Below, in pieces: positions 7,794-17,461 of a stretch of 64,000 bases of DNA. Made by a program: the position numbers and the translations under genes. This DNA is from an uncultured Nitrososphaerota archaeon. GTDB taxonomy: Archaea > Korarchaeota > Korarchaeia > Korarchaeales > Korarchaeaceae. Position 1 is the stretch's first letter; each line of letters begins with the position of its first letter. A model generated the notes under the pieces. It was not told where the DNA came from. It made no database searches and saw only the letters and a list, made by a program, of their open reading frames with translations. The stretch covers positions 64,001-128,000 of the forward strand of contig CAZQNA010000006.1 of assembly GCA_964594835.1 (NCBI GenBank), written 5' to 3'.

Positions 7794-10448
7794 ATGGCCG
7801 AGGAGCAGCCGACCTCCGAGGGGCCCCAGGTCGACAGGGTCATAAAGAGGGATGGCAGGGAAGTCCCCTTCGACGTCTACAGGATTAGGCGGGCCATAAC
7901 GCGCGCGATGCGCGAGGTCAACCAGTACGACGAGAGGAAGCTCGGCCAGGTGGTCGACTACGTCGTAAGGGTCATCAACTCCACGTACAGCAGGGACACC
8001 CCTCCCCACGTGGAGGACATCCAGGACATCATAGAGTACGCGCTGGTGAAGCACGGCCTCTTCCAGGTGGCCAAGGCCTACATCCTCTACCGCAAGGAGA
8101 GGGAGAGAATCAGGAAGGAGAAGATGGCCATCCTGGGCAAGGACTACGCCGACGAGGTGGACAAGAGGCTCTCCCTGAACGCGATCAGGCTCCTCGTCTC
8201 GAGGTACCTGCTGAAGGACGAGGAGGGACGCCTGATCGAGGACCCCAAGGGCATGTTCGTCAGGGTCGCGGCCCTGGTGGTCATCCCTGACATACTCTAC
8301 GACCCGAGGGTGTACGACAGGGAGGGGGGGCAGCCAGTACACCCCCGCGAGGAGTTCGACCCGGAGGAGTGGGAGGGCAAGGTGGGCCTCGCGGGCATTG
8401 GCGGGCCCGAGTTCGCGTGGAACCGCCACCACCTGGAGAGGATGAAGGCCCTGTACGACGACCTGAACTCTCAGGGCAGGATGAGGGTCCCCTGGTCCAG
8501 GTTGTGGGACATGATCCTGGCCGGGGAGTTCGACGACCACTACTGGGACTTCCTCGAGTACTACAGGCTCATGGCCGAACTCAGGTTCCTGCCCAACTCT
8601 CCGACGCTGTTCAACGCCGGCACCAGGCTCGGCCAGCTCTCGGCCTGCTTCGTCCTTGACATGGAGGACAGCCTGGACTCCATCATGAAGGCCGCCGTGG
8701 ACGCCTCCAAGATTTTCCAGAGCGGGGGCGGGATAGGGATCAACTACTCGAAGCTCAGGCCCGAGGGCGACGTGGTGCGCTCGACCAACGGCAGGGCCAG
8801 CGGCCCCGTCTCCTTCATGAGGATAATCGACGTGATCACCGACGTCGTGAAGCAGGGCGGCCGCAGGAGAGGCGCCAACATGGGGATCCTGGAGGTCTGG
8901 CACCCCGACATATGGAAGTTCATCGAGTGCAAGAGCAAGCCCGGCCAGTACGAGAACTTCAACATCTCCGTCATGATCACCGGAGACTTCTGGGAGTCCT
9001 ACGAGAGGGATGAGCCATACCCCCTGATCAACCCCAGGGACGGGGAGGTCTGGGGAACCGCCAACCCCAGGGAGCTCTTCAGGAAGGTAGCCGAGCTGGC
9101 CTGGAAGACGGGCGACCCGGGGGTCCTGTTCGCCGACAACATAAATAGAAGAAATGTACTGAAATCAGTCTTAGGTGAAATAAAATCTACTAATCCCTGC
9201 GGCGAGGAGCCGTTATATCCATACGAGTCCTGCAACCTGGGCAGCATCAACCTCTACGCCTACGTGCGGGTCGACGAGGAGACGGGGGCCGTAGAGTTCG
9301 ACTGGGAGGCCTACGCCAGGGACATCAGGCTGGCCCTCCGCTTCCTGGACAACGTGATCGACGTGAACAAGTTCCCGCTCCCCGAGATAGAGAGGCAGAC
9401 AAAGCTCACCAGGAAGGTCGGGCTGGGGCTGATGGGCCTGGCCGACGTGCTCTTCGCCCTGGGCGTCCCTTACCACAGCGAGGAGGGCTTCGAGTTCATG
9501 CGCGTCGTGGCCGAGCACCTGACCTACCACGCCCTCTGGGAGTCCACCAGGCTGGCCGCCGAGAGGGGAACGTTCCCGCTCTACGAGCGGTCCGGATACG
9601 CTAGGGGCGAGCTCCCCGTCGAGGGCTACTACCACCCCGAGTGGTGGACGCTCGACTGGTCCAGGCTGGCCGAGGAGATATCGAGAAAGGGCGTGAGGAA
9701 CGCGGAGGTCACGACCATAGCTCCAACCGGCTCGATCTCCATGATAGCCGACGTCTCCTCTGGGATAGAGCCTCAGTTCGCCCTCGTCTACGAGAAGAGG
9801 GTCAGCGTTGGCCAGTTCTTCTACGTGGACAGGGAGTTCGAGCGCCAGCTGAAGAGGCTCGGCCTGTACAGCGAGAGGCTGCTGAAGGAGGTCGCCGACA
9901 ACGGCGGGTCCGTCCAGGGGATAGAGGAGATCCCGGAGGAGCTGCGAAGGGTGTTCGTGGTGGCCTACGACGTCCCCTGGTGGGACCACGTCAGGGCCCA
10001 GGCGGAGATAACCAAGTGGATCTGCGCCGCCGTGAGCAAGACCATCAACATGCCCAGCTGGGTCACGGTGGACGACGTGGAGAAGGCCTACCTCTTCGCC
10101 CACGGGCTGGGCCTGAAGGGCGTGACCATCTACAGAGACGGATCCAAGGCCGCGCAGGTCCTCGTCACCCCGTCCCAGAGGACCGGAGAGTACGTCCTGG
10201 ACGTTCCGAACGAGACTCTGGACATCATGAGGTCCCTCGGCATCGAGCCGCCTCCCAGGGGCAGGGCCCAGGCCGAGCAGCAGAAGGGCCAGAGGGGCGC
10301 CTCTCCCGTGTTCAGGCCGCCGCCCCCGCGCCCACCGGCGTCCGATCACCTGGAGGTCTGTCCGGAGTGCGGGAGCAAGAGGCTGGTGCACAGGGAGGAC
10401 TGCGTCACCTGCCTAGACTGCGGGTGGTCGGCCTGCGTCGTGACCTAA
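7794..10448 (+). CDS. nrdJ: Adenosylcobalamin-dependent class II ribonucleotide reductase (ATP cone, C-terminal Zn ribbon, no intein)
   Basis: VIKRDG ATP cone, PNSPTL, SACF, TNPCGEE, CNLGSIN, IAPTG, SKTIN and CPEC...CLDCGWSAC. Confidence 0.96.
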   Translation: MAEEQPTSEGPQVDRVIKRDGREVPFDVYRIRRAITRAMREVNQYDERKLGQVVDYVVRVINSTYSRDTPPHVEDIQDIIEYALVKHGLFQVAKAYILYRKERERIRKEKMAILGKDYADEVDKRLSLNAIRLLVSRYLLKDEEGRLIEDPKGMFVRVAALVVIPDILYDPRVYDREGGQPVHPREEFDPEEWEGKVGLAGIGGPEFAWNRHHLERMKALYDDLNSQGRMRVPWSRLWDMILAGEFDDHYWDFLEYYRLMAELRFLPNSPTLFNAGTRLGQLSACFVLDMEDSLDSIMKAAVDASKIFQSGGGIGINYSKLRPEGDVVRSTNGRASGPVSFMRIIDVITDVVKQGGRRRGANMGILEVWHPDIWKFIECKSKPGQYENFNISVMITGDFWESYERDEPYPLINPRDGEVWGTANPRELFRKVAELAWKTGDPGVLFADNINRRNVLKSVLGEIKSTNPCGEEPLYPYESCNLGSINLYAYVRVDEETGAVEFDWEAYARDIRLALRFLDNVIDVNKFPLPEIERQTKLTRKVGLGLMGLADVLFALGVPYHSEEGFEFMRVVAEHLTYHALWESTRLAAERGTFPLYERSGYARGELPVEGYYHPEWWTLDWSRLAEEISRKGVRNAEVTTIAPTGSISMIADVSSGIEPQFALVYEKRVSVGQFFYVDREFERQLKRLGLYSERLLKEVADNGGSVQGIEEIPEELRRVFVVAYDVPWWDHVRAQAEITKWICAAVSKTINMPSWVTVDDVEKAYLFAHGLGLKGVTIYRDGSKAAQVLVTPSQRTGEYVLDVPNETLDIMRSLGIEPPPRGRAQAEQQKGQRGASPVFRPPPPRPPASDHLEVCPECGSKRLVHREDCVTCLDCGWSACVVT

Positions 10449-10458
10449 GCCCGGGACG

Positions 10459-11013
10459 GTGTCTGAGGTGGGAGAGCCGGTGAGGGAGTCGGGGTCGACG
10501 GGCCTGATCCACGTGTACACTGGGGACGGTAAGGGAAAGACCACGGCGGCCTTCGGGCTGGCCATGAGGGCAGTCGGCAGGGGCTGGAGGGTGCTCATCA
10601 TTCAGTTCCTGAAGGCGAGGGAGTCCGGCGAGGTCCTGGCCGCCGAGAGGCTCAGGCCCGAGCTGGAGGTGCGGAGGTTCGGGACCGAGAGGTTCATCGA
10701 CCCGAGGCACCCCCGGGAGGAGGATCTGGCCGTTCTGCGGGCGGGGATGGAGGAGGCCAGGAGGGCCCTCAGCTCCGGAGATTATCGGCTGGTCGTCCTC
10801 GACGAGATCAACGTCGCCGTTCACATGGGCCTGATACCCGAGAAGGAGGTCCTTGACGCCCTCAGGTCGAGGGCCGAGGGCGTGGAGGTCGTCCTCACCG
10901 GGAGGTACGCCCCTGAGTCTTTCATCGAGGAGGCCGACTACGTCACGGAGTTCAGGGAGATCAAGCACCCGTTCAGGAGGGGGGTTCAGGCCAGGGAAGG
11001 CGTCGAGTTCTGA
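10459..11013 (+). CDS. cobO: ATP:cob(I)alamin adenosyltransferase (CobA/CobO/BtuR family)
   Basis: YTGDGKGKTTAAFG, QFLK, LDEI, LTGR and KHPF...G.EF motifs; adjacent to the B12-dependent RNR. Confidence 0.94.
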   Translation: MSEVGEPVRESGSTGLIHVYTGDGKGKTTAAFGLAMRAVGRGWRVLIIQFLKARESGEVLAAERLRPELEVRRFGTERFIDPRHPREEDLAVLRAGMEEARRALSSGDYRLVVLDEINVAVHMGLIPEKEVLDALRSRAEGVEVVLTGRYAPESFIEEADYVTEFREIKHPFRRGVQAREGVEF

Positions 11014-11099
11014 CCGGGCGGTTGGCGGCGCCGGGCTGGATCGACAATATTTAGGGAGCAGGACCTCCTGCTCCGGGGCCCGAAACGCGCTACGACACC

Positions 11100-12422
11100 G
11101 TGATAGTCAGGTACGGAGAGCTCTGGACGAAGTCTGAGGTCACCAGGAGGAGGATGGAGTCTGCCCTCACGGCCAACATCAGGCGCGCCCTGTCCGGGCT
11201 CGACTTCAGCCTGCGCAGGTGGAGGGGGAGAATCTTCGTGGACTCCCCCAGCGCCGAGGAGGCGGCAGACCGCCTCTCCAGGGTCTTCGGGGTCGTCTCC
11301 GTGAGCCCGGCCGTCACTGTGGACAAGGACGTGGAGTCCATCGCCTCGGCGGCCCTGGAGCTGGCCAGGGCGAGGATAGCCCCAGGCCGCTCCTTCGCCG
11401 TTCGGGCCCACAGGGCCGACAAGAGGTTTCCCCTGACCTCTCCCGAGATACAGAGGAGGGTGGGAGGCAGGATAAAGTCCGAGATCGGGGCGAAGGTCGA
11501 CCTGAAGTCGCCAGAGGTCGAGATCTGGGTAGAGGTGTCGGACAGGGCGTACGTCTACGACAGGGTCGTCAGGGGCCCAGGCGGCCTGCCGTACGGGACC
11601 CAGGGCAGGGCCGTGATGCTCTTCTCCGGCGGGATCGACAGTCCGGTCGCCGCCTGGATGGTGGCAAGGCGGGGGGTGAGGCTGGACTTCCTCTTCTTCA
11701 ACCCCGGCGTCCCTGAGGCGGAGGAGCACGCCCACCGCGTCTACAGGTACCTCAAGGATCGCTGGTACGTGGAGGGCGAGTTCTACGTGTACGACGGTGG
11801 AGAGGTCGCGTGGCAGATCCTCAGCAGGGTGAGGGAGGGCCTCAGGCAGGTCGTCCTCAAGAGGGTCATGTACAGGCTGGCCCAGGAGCTGGCCCGCAGA
11901 ACAGGCGCCCTAGCCGTCGTGACGGGCGAGAGCATAGGTCAGGTCTCCTCCCAGACCCTGACCAACCTGGCGGTCATCGAGGAGGCCGTCGACGTTCCGG
12001 TGATCAGGCCGCTGGCCGGCCTGGACAAGGACGAGGCCGTGGGGTGGGCGAGGAGGATCGGGACCTACGACCTCTCCATTCAGATCAAGGAGTTCTGCTC
12101 GCTTGAGAGGCACTCGAACGCCTCGGCGACGCTCGAGGAGATCATCAGAGAGGAGGAGAAGCTCGAGTTCGATCCCTCCAGCGCGGAGTTCAGGGGATAC
12201 TCACCAGCCCCCGAGGAGAGGGCCCCGCCGCCGACCGACGTGGTCGTGATAAACCTCGAGAGGGAGGACGTGAGGCTCGACGAGCTGAGGCCGGGTCAGG
12301 CCTACGTGTTCGTATGCAGGGCTGGAGTTTCGGCGAAACTGTACGCGGACAGGGCGAGAGAGAAGGGAATAGAGGCCTACGCCCTGAGCGAGGAGGAGGC
12401 CAGGGAGCTTGGCCTACTGTGA
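11100..12422 (+). CDS. thiI: tRNA 4-thiouridine synthase (THUMP, PP-loop, short rhodanese-like tail)
   Basis: VRYGEL, GPGGLPYG, SGGIDSPVA, TGES.GQVSSQT and C-terminal VCRAG. Confidence 0.93.
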   Translation: MIVRYGELWTKSEVTRRRMESALTANIRRALSGLDFSLRRWRGRIFVDSPSAEEAADRLSRVFGVVSVSPAVTVDKDVESIASAALELARARIAPGRSFAVRAHRADKRFPLTSPEIQRRVGGRIKSEIGAKVDLKSPEVEIWVEVSDRAYVYDRVVRGPGGLPYGTQGRAVMLFSGGIDSPVAAWMVARRGVRLDFLFFNPGVPEAEEHAHRVYRYLKDRWYVEGEFYVYDGGEVAWQILSRVREGLRQVVLKRVMYRLAQELARRTGALAVVTGESIGQVSSQTLTNLAVIEEAVDVPVIRPLAGLDKDEAVGWARRIGTYDLSIQIKEFCSLERHSNASATLEEIIREEEKLEFDPSSAEFRGYSPAPEERAPPPTDVVVINLEREDVRLDELRPGQAYVFVCRAGVSAKLYADRAREKGIEAYALSEEEARELGLL

Positions 12423-12434
12423 AAAAAGCGGTCG

Positions 12435-12890
12435 CTAGGCCTGAAGGTCTCCCGCGGAGATCACTATCTCGGGGTTCAGGTCTCGCCTGCCCAGCCTCTC
12501 CAGGAACCTCTTCAGCGACTTGTCCTCCGACAGGAACTTCCCTCCAATGGCAACGGCGCAGCCGTAGCCCAGGCAGTCGAAGAGGTCCCTGTGGCCGGCC
12601 AACCTCAGCTCGGCGGCCACGAGCAGCTGTCTGGGAGTTGGCTCCGCCAGCCTCACGTCCGCTTGGGCCAGGAGGGCCTGAAGACCCTCGATCGCCTGAG
12701 CTGGGACTCCGAGGATCCCCCTTCTCTCCGCCTCCCTCAGGACCTTTGCCCAGAGCTCCGGCAGCATCAGAACGGGGTAGAAGAGTTCGTGCCTCCTCCT
12801 CAGAGCCGCGATCCTCCTCTCGTCCACGCCCCTGACCGCCACCCCGAAGAAGGGGAGGAGGTAGGTGGTGTCCAGGACGAGCCTAGCCAC
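12435..12890 (-). CDS. vapC: VapC-type PIN-domain toxin
   Basis: LDTTYLLP, E, DLFD and SED acidic residues; overlaps the antitoxin gene. Confidence 0.85.
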   Translation of the reverse strand: MARLVLDTTYLLPFFGVAVRGVDERRIAALRRRHELFYPVLMLPELWAKVLREAERRGILGVPAQAIEGLQALLAQADVRLAEPTPRQLLVAAELRLAGHRDLFDCLGYGCAVAIGGKFLSEDKSLKRFLERLGRRDLNPEIVISAGDLQA

Positions 12891-13128
12891 TCTCCATCTC
12901 CCTCGAGAGTTCCTCTGACTCGGCCTCGAACTCCTCGAAGTCCGTCTCGGCCCACTTCTCCCTCTCCACTAGGAGCCTCTGAGCTGGCCTGAGTATGATG
13001 CGATCTCCCTCGACCTTGAGGATGAGGAGGTCACCCTCGGCTATGTCCAGCTCTCTGGCGACCTCCGACGGGATGTAGAGGGCCCTCCTCTTGCCGACCC
13101 TCACCGTCACCTCTTTGTCTGACATCAT
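12883..13128 (-). CDS. AbrB/MazE-family antitoxin
   Basis: VRVGKRRALYIPSEVARELDIAEGD swapped-hairpin pattern with an acidic C-terminus. Confidence 0.88.
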   Translation of the reverse strand: MMSDKEVTVRVGKRRALYIPSEVARELDIAEGDLLILKVEGDRIILRPAQRLLVEREKWAETDFEEFEAESEELSREMESG

Positions 13129-13150
13129 ATATCAGACATCTGATGTCTGA
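13116..13150. promoter_or_regulatory. Palindromic operator of the TA operon
   Basis: Perfect TCAGACATC-T-GATGTCTGA (13132-13150) plus a third TGTCTGA half-site (13116-13122), between the TATA box and the start of the gene. Confidence 0.7.
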
Positions 13151-13337
13151 AATATTAAGGGGGCGCCTCCGGGTGGGCCGCCACGCCTCCACGGGAATCT
13201 CGAGGCCCGGCCAGAGGGAGTTTCCGTGGCAAGTGGACGACCGAAGTTACCCCCGATCTTCCAAGAGCGCGCGTGGAACTGGTCCAAATTCAGGCCCTTC
13301 CGAGAAGCTTTTTATCGCATGGTAGCCTCACCTACAA

Positions 13338-14147
13338 GTGTCACCCGAGCCAGACTGGGTCTCAGAGCTCTTTCTCAGGCGACCTGAACTCTTCTTGCGG
13401 GTGATGGAGCGAGAGGAGATGCTTCAGAGGGGGGAGAAGCTGGCCGAGGCGATCGCCGAGCTGTTGAAGGAGAGGGGGATGGGGGGAGCCAAGGTCCTCG
13501 ACGTCGGGTGCGGGATAGGGAGGGTGGCGATTCCCCTCGCCAAGCTCAGGTTCTCGGTGGTCGGCCTGGACATATCTCCCCTCTACGTGAGGAGGGCAAG
13601 GGAGAGGGCTGAGAGGGAGGGCGTCACTGAGTCGACCATCTTCCTCGAGGGGGACGCCAGGTCGATGGCGGACCTGCTTGCAGAGCACTCCCCGTTCGAC
13701 GTCGTGCTCTTTGTCTGGACCTCCGTCCTGGGTTACTACGACGAGGAGACCGACCTGGAGGTGCTGAGGCAGGCCAGAAGGCTGACGAGGGAGGGCGGGC
13801 TGCTCCTGATAGTGGACACAGCGAACCAGGACTACACGGCTTTCGCCGTGTCGTTCTGCGGGCGCTCGTTCTTCTCGGATTACGGAGACTTCGCCATGGT
13901 CGAGGTTCACGAGTACGACCCCAAGAGTTCTCGCGTCAGGACGAGGTGGACCTACTACGAGAAGCGGGGGAGAGACCTCAAGTACGTCGGTGAGTCTGGG
14001 TACGACGTCAGGGTCTACGCCCTCCACGAGCTGATCGTCCTGGCCGAGCGCGCCGGCTGGAGGTTCCAGGAGGCGTTCAGGAACCTCGGGCTGAGGACGC
14101 CGTTCAGACCGGTAGGCCCCCTGAACGTCATCTTCGAGGCGGTCTGA
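13338..14147 (+). CDS. Class I SAM-dependent methyltransferase
   Basis: VLDVGCGIGR, VVGLDIS, GDAR and FDVV motifs. Confidence 0.9.
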   Translation: MSPEPDWVSELFLRRPELFLRVMEREEMLQRGEKLAEAIAELLKERGMGGAKVLDVGCGIGRVAIPLAKLRFSVVGLDISPLYVRRARERAEREGVTESTIFLEGDARSMADLLAEHSPFDVVLFVWTSVLGYYDEETDLEVLRQARRLTREGGLLLIVDTANQDYTAFAVSFCGRSFFSDYGDFAMVEVHEYDPKSSRVRTRWTYYEKRGRDLKYVGESGYDVRVYALHELIVLAERAGWRFQEAFRNLGLRTPFRPVGPLNVIFEAV

Positions 14148-14210
14148 GCTGCGGCATGATCCAGTCTCGAATAGGTGAGGTCACGATCTCGGGGAGAGGC
14201 GAGCGTGGAC

Positions 14211-15284
14211 TCAGGGGATTATCTCAGTCGTGTTGTTGAACTCTGGGTAGTCCACCTCGCGCCGGCTGATCACGCCCGTCCGTAGGAGCCCCTCGACCTC
14301 GGGCGCGATCCTCAGGACCTCGTCTATGAGGTGCCTGGTGAGGTAGCACACCTTCCTGAATCCCTCCTCCCCCCACAGCCTCTCCCTGTAGGCGTAGAGG
14401 CACCTCCCCCCGCAGTACCTGTAGTAGGGGCACGACGTGCACGGCTCGCCTATGAGGATGGAGCCCCTGAGCTCCTCCGGGTCGCGGACGCTCCCGACCC
14501 TGCCTACGACGGCCCAACTCTCCTGCACCGCTATGGGGCAGGCGAGTATCCTCCCATCCGTGGAGATCGCGAAGGCGTCCCTCCCGGCGCCGCAGGGCAG
14601 CCTGAACCCTCCGCCGAAGAGCCTCACCTTCAGCACCCCCAGTATCGGCACCACACCGAGGATCCTGCCCCTCCGGGCCTCCTCTAGCCAGAGGTCGACG
14701 AGCCGGCTCAGGCCCTCCTTGTAGCGCTCGGCCCACCCGTCGAAGTCTTCCCACCCGTCGCTCCAGACCACGTCGAGCTGCCAGTGGACGTGGTCGAACA
14801 GACCGAGGTTGACGAGGTGCGTGACGTCTCTGTAGACGTCCCCCCGCTCCGAGAGGGCCATCCGGGCGATGAGGTCTCCTGAGAAGCCGACTCTCCTCAG
14901 CCAGTCGGCCGCAGACAGGACGGAGTCATAGACGCCCCTCCCCCTGTAGAAGTCCGTTACATCCCTCGGTCCGTCTATGGAGAGTAAAACTGCGTCGAAC
15001 CTCCTCCAGTACTCAGGATCTAGGGAGCGAACGAGGAGCCCGTTGGTCTGGATGACGAACCTCTCGGCTCTCACGTTGTCCATAACGGCCCTGATGAACT
15101 GGGGGTTTAGGAGGGGCTCCCCCCCGTAGAACGCGATGATCGCATTGGGGTCCTGCTCCACCAGCCGCCTCAGGTCCTCCAGCTCGTACTGAACCTCCCA
15201 CGGCACCAGCGCTGGGGGGAAGCTCCCCCCGCAGTACCTGCAGCTCAGGTTGCACCGACCGGTGGTGAGCACTATGTAGAGCAC
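14211..15284 (-). CDS. Radical SAM/SPASM protein (AF_0577-like archaeal family)
   Basis: CNLSCRYC, YGGEP, SIDG, CGAG...CP and C..C.....CGGRC SPASM cysteines. Confidence 0.9.
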   Translation of the reverse strand: MLYIVLTTGRCNLSCRYCGGSFPPALVPWEVQYELEDLRRLVEQDPNAIIAFYGGEPLLNPQFIRAVMDNVRAERFVIQTNGLLVRSLDPEYWRRFDAVLLSIDGPRDVTDFYRGRGVYDSVLSAADWLRRVGFSGDLIARMALSERGDVYRDVTHLVNLGLFDHVHWQLDVVWSDGWEDFDGWAERYKEGLSRLVDLWLEEARRGRILGVVPILGVLKVRLFGGGFRLPCGAGRDAFAISTDGRILACPIAVQESWAVVGRVGSVRDPEELRGSILIGEPCTSCPYYRYCGGRCLYAYRERLWGEEGFRKVCYLTRHLIDEVLRIAPEVEGLLRTGVISRREVDYPEFNNTTEIIP

Positions 15285-15345
15285 GTCGTCGTCCCCCGAG
15301 CGGCCGGCGTAAAACCCTTCCTCCCATTCTTGGATTCTCTACGGA

Positions 15346-15666
15346 TCAGATCAGCCTGATGCCCCTTCTCCTGGCCTCATCGAGCAGGGGGGCGAACGTC
15401 TCGTTGTCTGCCACCATGAGGTCGAGGGGGACCCCGGCGTCGAGGAGCCGCGTCAACTCATCCCCCAGGAGGTCGAACAGGTCTACGGCGCCCCCGCCGA
15501 GGGGAACGACTATCAGGTCTAGATCGCTTTCTCCCCTCACCGCCGATCCGTCGACGACGGACCCAAAGATGTATGCCTCCCTGACCCTGTCCCTGAGCTT
15601 CCTCCTTATGGACTCCACGACGTCTCTCACGTCCTCGAGCGAGACGAGATCCAGGCCCTCAAGCAT
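15346..15666 (-). CDS. Minimal nucleotidyltransferase (MNT) antitoxin
   Basis: FGS...G.....SDLDL motif; ATG overlaps the end of the HEPN gene. Confidence 0.88.
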   Translation of the reverse strand: MLEGLDLVSLEDVRDVVESIRRKLRDRVREAYIFGSVVDGSAVRGESDLDLIVVPLGGGAVDLFDLLGDELTRLLDAGVPLDLMVADNETFAPLLDEARRRGIRLI

Positions 15667-16078
15667 CGCTCTCACCTGCCAGTCCTTGGAGGTCTCGGTA
15701 AACCCTTTCAATCAGCTCGAGTTCTTCGGCCGATATCGTGGGGACCACTCCATAATCCCCCCTCTCCCTCAACGACTGAATCTTGGCGATCGTTCTCACG
15801 AGTTCCTCGCTCAGTCCAAGCCTGTCTCTCAGAACCCAGAGCTTAGACAGGAGGCCTGCGTGCGTCTTGGGGGTGGGCTCCCCTGATTTCAGGAGGAGCG
15901 CTCTCGCCAAGTGGAGGATCGCGTAGTATCCCCTGGAGGCTGCGTCCTCTAGGAGGCCCTCGGCCTTCAGTACTTGAAATGCCTTGAAGGCCCTCTGAGC
16001 CCGCCCCAGGTGTAGTTCGTACTCCTTCAACCCGACCCATCGATCGGGATGTTCGAGAAATATAATTCGAGGTCTCAA
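15659..16078 (-). CDS. HEPN-domain protein
   Basis: A.SRGYYA...ARALL...PKTHAGL...RERGDY; paired with the MNT gene. Confidence 0.88.
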   Translation of the reverse strand: MRPRIIFLEHPDRWVGLKEYELHLGRAQRAFKAFQVLKAEGLLEDAASRGYYAILHLARALLLKSGEPTPKTHAGLLSKLWVLRDRLGLSEELVRTIAKIQSLRERGDYGVVPTISAEELELIERVYRDLQGLAGESDA

Positions 16079-16090
16079 CCATACGGGCCG

Positions 16091-17461
16091 CTAGTCCACG
16101 GGTATTCCTGCCTCCTCCCTCGCGAACTCTCTGAACGCGTCGACGTCGTTTCTCCTCGCCCTAGAGGTGGCGGACGTAACCGCCGACCTCACGGCCATGA
16201 GCCTCCTGTCGGGGGCGAGTTCTGGCCTCCTGAGGTAGAGGGCCCTCAGCTCCCCCAGCCCCCTCTCCAGGGGGCGAATGTCGGGCACGTCGCATGCGAT
16301 CTTCACGGCCTCCGGGACGCACCTCCTGCCCCACACCCTCTCAATGTCGAACAGGGCCCCATAGCCCTCCTTGTACGGGTTGATAGGCCTCCCGTAGACC
16401 TCCTCGAAGTACTCCCCCCTGGTCCGCCCGAACGGGTCGTCGTCCGGCGCCAGGTATCGGAGGGTCTCCTCCTCAACTATCTCCTCCCCGAGAGCCGGCC
16501 TGAGTTCCTTGAGGACAGCCAGCTCAACCCATAGGGCGAAACCCTCGTCCACCACGAGCAGAGGATCCCTGGCGGCGGCCAGCCTCTCCTCGGCGGCCAC
16601 CCTCTCCACCCCTGAGATGGCCCTGGCGGCCTCGGCAGCCTCCGAGAGCGACTTGCCCGCCCTAGTGTGCGAGTAGATGAAGCCGTGACCCAGGTACTCG
16701 TGCGCCAGGTGGGCGACCAGTCTGGAGAACCTGGGGACGAGGGACCTCCTGAACTCCGGCCTCAGGCTCGCCTCCTCGGGGTCGTAGAGGAGGAACGCGC
16801 CGAGGCCCGGCTCGGCGAATGGCGTCAGCGGACCGTCCGGCGAGCCCCTGGCGGCCGCGTACTCCCCGAGCGTGAAGTGGATCGGGAAGTCCGGCGGCTC
16901 CAGCCCCAGCCTGTCCCTCGCCACGCCCACGACGACGTCGACCAGCGATCCCAGCTCCTCCGGGCTCAGGGGGGACACCGAGGCCAGGAGCGCGAGCCTC
17001 GCAACCTCGGCCTCCGGTGACCCGGGGGGCAGGGGCCTGAGCCTCACCCTGGACGTGGCGAGGAGGTCCGCCGGGGCGACCCTCGACGCCCCCTCCGTCG
17101 GCCTCTCCACCCCGCCCGAGAAGTACAGCTCGGCGACGGCCATGGCCTCCGAGAGCGTCGGCAGCCCCTCGGGCCGCCCCCTCCCCAGGACCCTGGACTT
17201 CACCCTCTCGTAGGCGTCTCTCGCCAGCTCGGAGCCCACCTGTCTGCCGAACTGCTGGTAGGCGTACTTCGCCAGCTCCTTCAGGAACTCTGCCAGGAAG
17301 TAGGCAACGGGGGCTAGGAGTATCCCCTCAGCCAGGGCGTGGGCCCTGGCCGCCTCCCCTCTCAAGACCCCCTCCTCGGCTATTATGGCCCTCCTGACCC
17401 TCGCGGGAGCCCCGGGGATCAGGGGCAGCCTCCTGACGAACTCCTCTGGATCCTCCCTCAA
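16091..17461 (-). CDS. Hypothetical protein with a gluzincin-like zinc motif
   Basis: AHEYLGHG followed downstream by DEGFA; codon usage is typical of the genome. Confidence 0.65.
   Translation of the reverse strand: MREDPEEFVRRLPLIPGAPARVRRAIIAEEGVLRGEAARAHALAEGILLAPVAYFLAEFLKELAKYAYQQFGRQVGSELARDAYERVKSRVLGRGRPEGLPTLSEAMAVAELYFSGGVERPTEGASRVAPADLLATSRVRLRPLPPGSPEAEVARLALLASVSPLSPEELGSLVDVVVGVARDRLGLEPPDFPIHFTLGEYAAARGSPDGPLTPFAEPGLGAFLLYDPEEASLRPEFRRSLVPRFSRLVAHLAHEYLGHGFIYSHTRAGKSLSEAAEAARAISGVERVAAEERLAAARDPLLVVDEGFALWVELAVLKELRPALGEEIVEEETLRYLAPDDDPFGRTRGEYFEEVYGRPINPYKEGYGALFDIERVWGRRCVPEAVKIACDVPDIRPLERGLGELRALYLRRPELAPDRRLMAVRSAVTSATSRARRNDVDAFREFAREEAGIPVD

Noticed and set aside
7794-10448. 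Intein in the RNR
   Set aside because: Length is normal, the catalytic motifs are contiguous, and there are no splice-junction or LAGLIDADG motifs.
14211-15345. RiPP cluster around the radical SAM/SPASM gene
   Set aside because: No adjacent precursor peptide, PqqD-like domain or transporter could be identified.
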